Assembly: GCF_000148385.1 (NCBI RefSeq)
Contig: NC_014537.1
Span: 240,001 to 272,000, forward strand
Reading direction: 5' to 3'
Origin: Vulcanisaeta distributa DSM 14429
GTDB lineage: Archaea; Thermoproteota; Thermoprotei; Thermoproteales; Thermocladiaceae
DNA: 32,000 nucleotides
How positions within the stretch are numbered: position 1 is the stretch's first letter; each line of letters starts with the position of its first letter. The notes under the pieces are model-generated. The model saw only the letters and a list, made by a program, of their open reading frames with translations, made no database searches and had not been told where the DNA came from. Of the stretch, positions 8,971 through 16,690 are shown piece after piece. The translations under genes were made by a program, and so were the position numbers.

Positions 8971-9456
8971 TCAAACGTTCAATTTACTTAATATCCTATC
9001 CACGTTATTAATTATTAACAATATATCCTCCCTAGCCTCATCATCAGTCCTATACTGACTTAAAACGCCCTCCCTATCAGGCCCATTGTATTGATACTGA
9101 TGGAGATGCAGGGCAATTGATACCAGGTAATGAATCTCCTCACCAATTAACGCCGATAACCCAAGCATGTAGTTAGTCGGCATTAAAGCTATGACCCAAT
9201 AAACCCTATCGACGGTTTTACCACCCTAAATCCTCACCTTACCTGGATACCTCACGATCAGTTTATCCCTATTATCAACGGCCAAGGCCACCAACAATGC
9301 CTTAACGGCTTGAAAGGCCTTACTGGCTGCGTTCCTAATTAAGCCCTCATCAAGGAACCTCTTGGCTAATTCAATTCCATACCTAGCCTCAAGGAGTCTC
9401 GTCCTCCTATAACCCTCAAGGTCGAACCAGGGCTTAGGCAATCCCTGCATTACCAT
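8971..9456 (-). pseudogene. PaREP1-family protein interrupted by one in-frame TAG
   Basis: ORFs 9226..9456 and 8971..9183 are in the same frame. Read-through gives ...YPGKVRI*GGKTVDRVYWVIALMPTNYML.... Family motifs: GLIRNAASKAFQAVKALL and LHLHQYQYNGPD. The TAG lies at 9226-9228 on the minus strand. Confidence 0.75.
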
Positions 9457-9493
9457 GCCTATGCACTATATGTATTAATACTAAAATACCTTA

Positions 9494-9521
9494 ATTATAA
9501 TAACTACATTATAATAACTAC
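9494..9521. repeat. perfect tandem duplication 2 x 14 nt (ATTATAATAACTAC)
   Basis: 9494-9507 and 9508-9521 are identical. The repeat lies in the spacer upstream of the PaREP1 gene start (9456, minus strand). Confidence 0.8.
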
Positions 9522-9534
9522 TTACACGAAGCAG

Positions 9535-9957
9535 TTAGTACGCGACGTTGACCGTGGCGTCAATTCCCTTAATCGCTTCGTGAATTGCCATCACCAGCAT
9601 ATTCCTTACCTTACCCGATTTACTATGTATTGTTAGATTCATAGAACCATTGCTTTCATTACCATGTGGTGGGAAGATGGCGCCAGTTATTAACCACGTA
9701 GCACCCTCAATGTTATGGTATATCCCATAAGCATCAGAACCACCATTAACTAACCTTCCATCGGTGAAGATTAGGTATATCTTGGTATTATCAGTGTATA
9801 CGCGCTTGACATTACCACCTAGGGAAAGTATGTGGATAAATCCCGGAGTCTTCCTCACAAAGTCCACAGGTATCGACTCGACGCTGCTCTCATTAACGAG
9901 CCTCTTTAATTCATTCATGAGCGTGATCACGCTCATCCCACCCTTAGTTACTATCAT
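9535..9957 (-). CDS. hypothetical protein
   Basis: 140-aa ORF with normal amino-acid composition and codon bias like its neighbours. I recognise no motif. Confidence 0.5.
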   Translation of the reverse strand: MIVTKGGMSVITLMNELKRLVNESSVESIPVDFVRKTPGFIHILSLGGNVKRVYTDNTKIYLIFTDGRLVNGGSDAYGIYHNIEGATWLITGAIFPPHGNESNGSMNLTIHSKSGKVRNMLVMAIHEAIKGIDATVNVAY

Positions 9958-10014
9958 CAGTAATGATGTCCCAATTGACTTAATAAGGGGTTACTACGTA
10001 TTACCTGGATCTTA

Positions 10015-10665
10015 ATGGAGAGACTGAGGGACGTTATGGAGGCTTACGAAGCCATATCCAGGGCTTACCCAGAGACTCGGGAGGGTGGGGCTCTAGCCAG
10101 GGCATTGCTTAATGAGGTTGGTGATGTAATTAGACATCTAACACCGCGTTTAGTGCTAGATATTGGCCCTGGGGCTGGGGATAACCTGAGGATTCTAAGA
10201 GCCTTCCTCAGTAATTCGTTCTATATTGGTTGTGAGTTGAGCATGGGCATGATAAGGGTCTCTAAGGAAAGTATTGAGTGGATTAATTGCTCTGGTACGC
10301 ATATACCAATTAAACTAGGGTCGGCGGACCTCATAATATCAATAGCCGCGTTGCATCACGTACCAAGGTCCCTAATGGGTTATGTTTTACGTGAGGCTCA
10401 TGAAGTATTAAGGCCTGGAGGCTTATTTATTGCCACGGTGTGGGGTTGTAATGAAGCAACGCTTAGGAGGTTGAGACGTATTGATGGTTGTGAGGGCTAT
10501 ATTACCTGGAGTTATGGTGTTAATAAAAGCATTGCTAGGTATTACAGGCTTTATAGGGAGGGCGAGCTGGAGGGTGAGGTTTCAAGTGCAGGCTTTACTA
10601 TCATTAGGAGTGGGATTATTAGGTTAGGTAGCTTTGTTAATTATTACATAGTTTCACATAAATAA
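10015..10665 (+). CDS. class I SAM-dependent methyltransferase
   Basis: Motif I VLDIGPGAGDN, then ADLIISIAALHH and LRPGGLFI. Confidence 0.75.
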   Translation: MERLRDVMEAYEAISRAYPETREGGALARALLNEVGDVIRHLTPRLVLDIGPGAGDNLRILRAFLSNSFYIGCELSMGMIRVSKESIEWINCSGTHIPIKLGSADLIISIAALHHVPRSLMGYVLREAHEVLRPGGLFIATVWGCNEATLRRLRRIDGCEGYITWSYGVNKSIARYYRLYREGELEGEVSSAGFTIIRSGIIRLGSFVNYYIVSHK

Positions 10666-10731
10666 GTATATAGTCAATATATAAGTAATGCTTTATTATG
10701 TATTTTGTTATAATTATTATGGCGAATCGAA

Positions 10732-12393
10732 ATGAGCAATCAATATTATGACTATCAGTTAACACTGGATAAGCTAATACGTAAGGCAGCGCTGATATAC
10801 CCAGATGTTGAGGTAGTGCATGCACCACCCGGAGGCCCAATAATTAGGTCAAACTACGCCAAGGAGTGGGACAGGATACAGAGGCTCGGTTCAGCGCTTG
10901 AGGAGCTGGGCGTTAGTCCAGGCGAGCCAGGTAAGTTCGGCAGTAGAATTGCGGTGCTTGATTGGAACACGATTAGACACTTTGAGCTTTACTACGGCGT
11001 GCCTATGTATGGCGCGGTGCTTCACACGGTAAATGTTCTCCTCGCTCCCGAGGACATAATATACACGCTCCTCCAGGCCCAGGATGAGGTGTTGTTCATA
11101 AATGAGGACTTCATATCGCTTGCCAGGATCGTAACCTCACTCGTGAAGTCAATCAAGAAGGTTGTAATAATGAGTGACGAACTGGAGCATGAGGAGGTTT
11201 CATTTGATGGTGTCAAGGTTTATTGGTATGAGGATCTCATCAGGGACGCAAGACCCTACAACTTCCCAGAACTCAGTGAGAATACCGTGGCCACAATGAT
11301 GTTCACCTCAGGAACCACGGGGAGACCGAAAGGCACCTACTTCACGCATAGGCAGTTGGTGCTCCACGCAATGTCAGTGGCCCTATCACTATCCGCACCG
11401 CCAATCAACGCCAACATATACGATGTGGCGATGCCCCTGGTCCCCATGTTCCACGTACATGCCTGGGGACTACCATACATAGCGACGCTAGTCGGAATCA
11501 AGCAGGTGTATCCAGGGCGCTTTGACTGGGGCTGGGTACTAAAGTTGATTAAGGATGAGGGTGTCACAATAACCAATGGAGTACCAACAATACTATTCAA
11601 CCTACTCTATCACCCAGACTCGCCGAAGTACGACTTGAGGGGTCTAAAGTTCATAGTAGGCGGCTCGGCATTACCCAGAGGACTGCTTGAGGAGGCGAGC
11701 AGGAGGGGTATACACGTTGTCCAGGGATTCGGTCTAACGGAGACTGCGCCGGTCATACTATTAACAATGGAGAAGGCAAACATGAGGAATTGGCCGGAGG
11801 ATAGGAAGAGGGAGCTCGTACTAAGCGCCGGCCTGCCAATACCTCTCGTTGACATTAGGGTTGTTGATGGGCAGGGTAGGGACGTACCTAGGGACGGTAA
11901 GACAATGGGCGAGCTTGTGGTTAGGGCCCCGTGGATAACCAGGGAGTACCTAAATGACCCGGAGAAGACCAGGAATGCCTGGCGCGACGGTTGGTTCCAC
12001 ACAGATGACATAGCCGTTTGGGACAGTGAAGGCTATGTGTGGATTATGGATAGGGCTAAGGATGTTATTAAGAGTGGTGGTGAGTGGATATCAAGTACGA
12101 GGCTTGAGGACTTAATAAGCACGCACCCGGCGGTCTACGAAGTTGCCGTCATCGGCGTTCCTCACCCGAAGTGGGGTGAGAGGCCGGTGGCCATTGTCGT
12201 ACCAAAGCCCGGGCAGAAGGTTACGGAGGAGGAGATTAGGAATTACCTAATGGGCTTGGTTAACGAGGGGAAGATGCCGAAGTGGTGGATACCCGACAAG
12301 GTGGTTATTGTCGAGTCCGAGCTACCAAAGACGAGCACTGGCAAGGTCGATAAGAAGGTGCTCAGGGAGAGGTTTCAAATAACCCTTGAGTAA
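10732..12393 (+). CDS. AMP-forming acyl-CoA synthetase (medium/long-chain fatty-acid--CoA ligase family)
   Basis: AMP-binding signature MMFTSGTTGRPKG, GFGLTET, the TGD-type motif (WFHTDDI) and C-terminal PKTSTGKVDKK. Confidence 0.9.
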   Translation: MSNQYYDYQLTLDKLIRKAALIYPDVEVVHAPPGGPIIRSNYAKEWDRIQRLGSALEELGVSPGEPGKFGSRIAVLDWNTIRHFELYYGVPMYGAVLHTVNVLLAPEDIIYTLLQAQDEVLFINEDFISLARIVTSLVKSIKKVVIMSDELEHEEVSFDGVKVYWYEDLIRDARPYNFPELSENTVATMMFTSGTTGRPKGTYFTHRQLVLHAMSVALSLSAPPINANIYDVAMPLVPMFHVHAWGLPYIATLVGIKQVYPGRFDWGWVLKLIKDEGVTITNGVPTILFNLLYHPDSPKYDLRGLKFIVGGSALPRGLLEEASRRGIHVVQGFGLTETAPVILLTMEKANMRNWPEDRKRELVLSAGLPIPLVDIRVVDGQGRDVPRDGKTMGELVVRAPWITREYLNDPEKTRNAWRDGWFHTDDIAVWDSEGYVWIMDRAKDVIKSGGEWISSTRLEDLISTHPAVYEVAVIGVPHPKWGERPVAIVVPKPGQKVTEEEIRNYLMGLVNEGKMPKWWIPDKVVIVESELPKTSTGKVDKKVLRERFQITLE

Positions 12394-12442
12394 CGCGTTG
12401 CCAAATTCCTTAAATTATCAAATTTAAGTCATTATCAAAATT

Positions 12443-12977
12443 ATGGAGGTCTACGTAATAAAGGACATGTCCAATAGCTACCTAACAAGTGATGGCATGC
12501 TCATAGACGCGATCGCTAAGGCGCCGACGTGGCCTGGGCGGCTAGGGGCACGGTATCGACATAAAGTACCTACTCATAACGCACTACCACATAGACCGCA
12601 CAGGGTATGCCCACGACATTGACAAGGCCCTCAATTGCAGGGTCGTTACGTCAATACCCGAATCAACCATGATAGAAGGCAGGGAAAACCAGGGCAGCAA
12701 GCATTCCTCGATCAAAGTACTAACAGTCATGAGAATTAAACCCGTGGGCGTCGATGTTAAGGTAAACGATGGCAATGTATCGAGGATTACAGGGCAGTAT
12801 ACGCGCCGGGCCACACGCCCGGTAGCACTGCCTATCTCCGTGATGGAAAGCCAGCGCCACCACTAAGGGTTCACACTTAATATGGAGGAGGCCATGAGGA
12901 GCATGGACAAAATACTTGGCCTAAGACCGGGGGTTATTTATTCAGGTCATGGAAAACCAATAAACCTAGGCACTTAG
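12443..12977 (+). pseudogene. metallo-beta-lactamase-fold hydrolase, heavily decayed (multiple frameshifts)
   Basis: Pieces lie in alternating frames:
- MEVYVIKDMSNSYLTSDGMLIDA (frame of 12443);
- GIDIKYLLITHYHIDRTGYAHDI (12546-, HxHxDH degraded to HxHxDR);
- AVYAPGHTPGSTAYL (12794-);
- NMEEAMRSMDKILGLRPGVIYSGHGKPI (12879-12977).
CCTTAAATTATC lies ~27 nt upstream of the ATG. Confidence 0.75.
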
Positions 12978-13898
12978 GTTCTCATTAATCCTGAAGCCAT
13001 GGTACTTAAACAACTCGATTGCATTATTCATCATAATCATCTCCTTATCAATGTTACCAACACCATCACTACCCTTAACACACTTAACATCACCAACCAG
13101 GTCCCTAAACCTCCTGTACGGGTAGCCACTGCCAAATAGTATCCTCTCTGGGCCCAGGGTATTTAATATGGGCTTCGCCGACTCATCATTAAATAGGTAG
13201 CAGTTAATCCCCGACGTACTCAAGTACGTGTTATCGTACCTCCTCATCACCCTAAGGACCTCCCTAACCCAAAGCCCAAACCTCTCGGGCGGGGTCCCAA
13301 GGCCGTTAATCACCATGTACGGTCTATACTCATTAAGTACCTCAGCGAGGTTCTTAGGCATTACATGCGTAATTATCCTCTCATCAACGTCCTTAGGCAT
13401 TCCCAGGTGCATCACAATCAATACATTATTCTTCTCGGCATACTCCATCAACTGCTTAAAGGCTGGGCTTGTGGCTGGATTGAAGAATTGAAGTGCTGGG
13501 GAGACGAAAACGCCCCTAAGGCCGAGGTGCTCCATCTCCTTAATCTTCTGCCTAACATACTTACCACCGAAGCTTGGGTTTATGCTTGAGAATGGTATAA
13601 AGAAGTCGCTAACTCCCTCCTTAAAGACCTCATACCAAAGCTTCATGTTATCAATCATGTACTCAGGCCATTTACTGATCAGGTCGTAAACCTCCCTAAT
13701 CACGGACTTAACATCGACGTACATACCCAAGTCCCTAGCTAATCTATATAGACCACTAAGCGTGAGACTAAGTGTTGGGTCCACATCAATTGGATAAAGC
13801 GTGGATGCGATGGCACCAGCACGGTGAAGCCTATCCCTCAATACCCAGAGCTCTGCGCCTGGATGAACGTGAAAATCAATAAAGTAATCACCTAGCAT
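12966..13898 (-). CDS. amidohydrolase-2 (TIM-barrel metal-dependent hydrolase) family protein
   Basis: N-terminal FIDFHVHPG metal-binding motif, later VMHLG, and a ~310-aa TIM-barrel-sized ORF. Confidence 0.65.
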   Translation of the reverse strand: MLGDYFIDFHVHPGAELWVLRDRLHRAGAIASTLYPIDVDPTLSLTLSGLYRLARDLGMYVDVKSVIREVYDLISKWPEYMIDNMKLWYEVFKEGVSDFFIPFSSINPSFGGKYVRQKIKEMEHLGLRGVFVSPALQFFNPATSPAFKQLMEYAEKNNVLIVMHLGMPKDVDERIITHVMPKNLAEVLNEYRPYMVINGLGTPPERFGLWVREVLRVMRRYDNTYLSTSGINCYLFNDESAKPILNTLGPERILFGSGYPYRRFRDLVGDVKCVKGSDGVGNIDKEMIMMNNAIELFKYHGFRINENLSA

Positions 13899-13998
13899 TA
13901 ATAATCTCTATATTGGCTAGTATTTAAAAATAATTCGCTCTATTTTAATCTATAAGCACAACCTCAACTAACTCGGTGTTTTTACATAAATAAAGCAG

Positions 13999-14778
13999 TC
14001 AGGAACCAGTAAATCTCGGCCTCCTCTTCTCAAGGAAGGCGCTAACGCCCTCAACAAAGTCATGAGTATTACCCAACTCACCCTGCAACCTAGCCTCAAC
14101 AGCCAAGAACTGATCAAGATCCTTAAACAAAGCCTCATTAATCAACCTCTTACCATACGAGTAAGCCCTGAAGGGTCCCTGGACGATCTCATTGGCGAAC
14201 TTCAGAGCCTCGCCCAGTGGGTCATCAACAACCTTAACAAGGCCCATGGCCTCCGCCTCCTCAGCCGTGAACTCACCGCCAATGAGCAAGTACCTAAGCG
14301 CCCTAGCACCGACTAATCGAGCCATCATAAGCGTCAAACCCGTGTCGGGGACAATACCAAGATTCTGAAAGGCCAAAACAAACCTAGCGTTCCTGGAGGC
14401 GAAGGCAAAGTCGCAAGCCACGGCAAGGCTAATACCGGCGCCCGCGGCCACGCCATTAACAGCCGCAATAAACAACTTATCACTAAACCTAATCTCCCTA
14501 AGAATTAGGTGAAAGGAATTCCTAAGCTCACCCTCAAGGTCCACCGCACCTGGGCCACTGGGCTTAACAGAGATCTCGGCACCGGACGAAAAAGCCCTAC
14601 CAGCACCCGTCAATACGCCAACCCTCTTGTTCGGGTCAGAATTAAACTTACGCAAGGCATCAAGTAACTCAGCCCTAAGCTCAGGCCCCAGGGCATTCAA
14701 CTTATCAGGCCTATTAAGTGTGAACACGGTTATGGGACCCCTATCATCAACAATCACGTACCTATACATAGCAACCAC
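13999..14778 (-). CDS. enoyl-CoA hydratase/isomerase (crotonase family)
   Basis: VFTLNRPDKLNAL, GAGRAFSSGAEI, AAVNGVAAGAGISLAVACD. The probable start is ATG 14769 (MYRYVIV). It abuts the TAG stop of the DUF35 gene. Confidence 0.9.
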   Translation of the reverse strand: MVAMYRYVIVDDRGPITVFTLNRPDKLNALGPELRAELLDALRKFNSDPNKRVGVLTGAGRAFSSGAEISVKPSGPGAVDLEGELRNSFHLILREIRFSDKLFIAAVNGVAAGAGISLAVACDFAFASRNARFVLAFQNLGIVPDTGLTLMMARLVGARALRYLLIGGEFTAEEAEAMGLVKVVDDPLGEALKFANEIVQGPFRAYSYGKRLINEALFKDLDQFLAVEARLQGELGNTHDFVEGVSAFLEKRRPRFTGS

Positions 14779-15327
14779 CTACTGCTCCGCCGGTACAAAC
14801 TCATACGTCAAGTAGCCCTCGGGCTCCCTCTTAACAACCTGAAGCTTCACCTTCATACCAACCCTAACCTTCCTGGGATCATCAGCCCTCAACCAAGCCA
14901 GTACGTTAAAGCCCTCCCTCATCCTAGCAATAGCCACTATATAATCGGGGTAGTGCGAGTACGTCAACGGCTTCGTGTTTATTACGGTGTACGTCAGTAA
15001 CTCACCCTCACCACTAACCTCAACCCAATCCATATCGCTGGCCTTACAATACGGACAATCGGCCTGGGGCGGGAAGTAATACCTACCACACCTCCTGCAC
15101 CTCGTTGTATACACCTTACCCTCCCTCAGACCCTCGAAGAATTTCTTAATCCTCTCAACACTTATCGAGAACCTAAGCCTCATCTCCCTAACATCATACC
15201 ACAGGTTATACTGACCCTTCTCATCGGGGGCTATGGGCAGGCCAGTGGCCTTGACAACATCATTCAACTGCTTAATAGATTGCCTCCAAAACTCCTCATA
15301 CCTAGCCTCCAGGGACATCACCATCAC
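14779..15327 (-). CDS. DUF35 zinc-ribbon/OB-fold protein (thiolase-associated)
   Basis: CRRCGRYYFPPQADCPYC zinc ribbon followed by an OB-fold-like C-terminus. The start region GGAGGTGATGGTGATG overlaps the thiolase TGA, so the likely start is ATG 15318 behind the GGAGGTGA SD-like box. Confidence 0.85.
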   Translation of the reverse strand: MMVMSLEARYEEFWRQSIKQLNDVVKATGLPIAPDEKGQYNLWYDVREMRLRFSISVERIKKFFEGLREGKVYTTRCRRCGRYYFPPQADCPYCKASDMDWVEVSGEGELLTYTVINTKPLTYSHYPDYIVAIARMREGFNVLAWLRADDPRKVRVGMKVKLQVVKREPEGYLTYEFVPAEQ

Positions 15328-16538
15328 CTCCTGGGCTTCACCCTTGGTGGGCCATCCTTATCAAGTGAGTATATTGTGATGTATGCATAGTGGCCGGTAC
15401 CACCAACATTGTGGGATAAAGCCCAACCAACGTATATATCGGCCTGCCTATCCCTAGGCTCAACGCTCTGCCTTAACTGCTTAGTCATCTCAACAGCCAT
15501 ACTAACGCCCGTAGCCCCAATGGGATGGCCCTTGGCCTTAAGACCGCCATCTAGGTTGACAGGTATTAAACCACCTTTGTAGGTCTGCTCGCTCCTAACC
15601 AGTTGTATGCCCATGCCCCTCTCCACGAATCCCAGGTCTTCGTAAGCCATGACCTCGGCTATCGTGAAGCAATCATGCACATCAGCAACATCGAAGTACT
15701 TCCACGTATCCCTATGCTCAACACCCACCCTCCTAAAGGCTTGCTCAGCGGCTTGATACGCGGCATCAAGCCCTATGAAGTCTGGTCTCTTGCTTAGATT
15801 TGCCGTTCCAGTGGCCACGCCCACGGACCTAATCCACACAGGCGTATCCGTTATTTTCCTAGCCAACTCCTCACTGGCGAGTATTACCGCGGCAGCCCCA
15901 TCAGTTATTGGGCTTGAGTCATAGAGTTTAATGGGCCATGCAACGTACCTCGACTTGAGGCATTGATCAACGGTTATCCTCAAGCCGTAGAACTGGGCCT
16001 TCGGGTTCATTGAGCCGTAGTAATGATTCTTAACAGCAACCTTGCAAAAGTCCTCCTCAGTAGCCCCAAACCTATTCATGTAAGCCGTCATGTATAGTGC
16101 GTAATAGCCTGGGAACGTCAATCCAAAGTTCTCGAACTCCCAGAAGTAGTTGCCGGCCCTGCCTATGAATTCGACGACCGTCGGTGTTGGTGACTCGTAC
16201 ATCTTCTCCACGCCGATAGCCATGGCTACGTCAGCCATCCCCGACGCCACGGCCAGGTAAGCATTATATAGTGCCGCACTACCTGATGCACAGGCAGCCT
16301 CAACCCTCATGGCACCCCTGGGATTTAAGCCGCAGTATTCGCCGACAACCACGGCGGGTAAGGACTCGGCACTCCAACCACCGGCATTACCAACAACGAA
16401 ATACTGGATATCCTTCTGATCAAGCCTTGCATCCTCTAGAGCCTCCTTAACAGCCTCCCAAGCCAATTCACCCAGTGTTGTGTCGGTTCTACGCCCAAAC
16501 TTCGCGTGGCCAACCCCAACAATAGCTACCCCCCTCAT
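15324..16538 (-). CDS. thiolase (acetyl-CoA C-acyltransferase, archaeal/SCPx-like type)
   Basis: MRGVAIVGVGHAKFGRR N-terminus, catalytic-Cys region EAACASGSAAL, C-terminal GHPIGATG. I trimmed the start to ATG 16538 because a TATA-like ATTATTTAAGG (16562-16571, minus strand) lies ~29 nt upstream. The 42 extra N-terminal codons in the ORF track look non-coding. Confidence 0.9.
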   Translation of the reverse strand: MRGVAIVGVGHAKFGRRTDTTLGELAWEAVKEALEDARLDQKDIQYFVVGNAGGWSAESLPAVVVGEYCGLNPRGAMRVEAACASGSAALYNAYLAVASGMADVAMAIGVEKMYESPTPTVVEFIGRAGNYFWEFENFGLTFPGYYALYMTAYMNRFGATEEDFCKVAVKNHYYGSMNPKAQFYGLRITVDQCLKSRYVAWPIKLYDSSPITDGAAAVILASEELARKITDTPVWIRSVGVATGTANLSKRPDFIGLDAAYQAAEQAFRRVGVEHRDTWKYFDVADVHDCFTIAEVMAYEDLGFVERGMGIQLVRSEQTYKGGLIPVNLDGGLKAKGHPIGATGVSMAVEMTKQLRQSVEPRDRQADIYVGWALSHNVGGTGHYAYITIYSLDKDGPPRVKPRR

Positions 16539-16561
16539 AATCCCATAGTATTCGGAAAACG

Positions 16562-16571
16562 CCTTAAATAA
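16562..16571 (-). promoter_or_regulatory. TATA box candidate for the thiolase operon
   Basis: The minus strand reads ATTATTTAAGG, ~29 nt upstream of ATG 16538. Confidence 0.5.
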
Positions 16572-16626
16572 TAATGCTACTCTGTTCACTATTGCTTGAT
16601 CATTACCACTATATTCATTATATATT

Positions 16627-16636
16627 GCGTCGACGC
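16627..16636. promoter_or_regulatory. perfect 10-bp GC-rich palindrome GCGTCGACGC in a divergent promoter
   Basis: It is the only GC-rich element in the AT-rich 152-nt spacer between the thiolase operon and the HADH-ECH gene. Confidence 0.35.
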
Positions 16637-16690
16637 GGATAATTTGAATAAATTGAAATCGCACTTAAGAAGTTAGCCAAGTCTCAAAGC

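Noticed and set aside
8455-9228. Genetic-code reassignment or pyrrolysine-type decoding of the two in-frame TAG codons
   Set aside because: TAG, often followed by G, is used as the genuine terminator of at least six well-supported genes in this window (ends at 1469, 6453, 8943, 12966, 14779 and 21907). No pyl-like genes or tRNA(CUA) are visible. Nonsense mutation is the parsimonious reading.
12584-12866. ORFs 12584..12814 (minus strand) and 12669..12866 (plus strand) as independent small genes
   Set aside because: The plus-strand ORF is simply the middle fragment of the decayed MBL gene, and the minus-strand ORF is antisense to it.
16539-16664. 42-codon N-terminal extension of the thiolase ORF in the six-frame track (MRFQFIQIIRVDAIYNEY...)
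   Set aside because: The extension is AT-rich and I/Y/N-rich and contains the TATA-like box. The conserved thiolase N-terminus MRGVAIVGVG starts at ATG 16538, so I treat the extension as promoter DNA.
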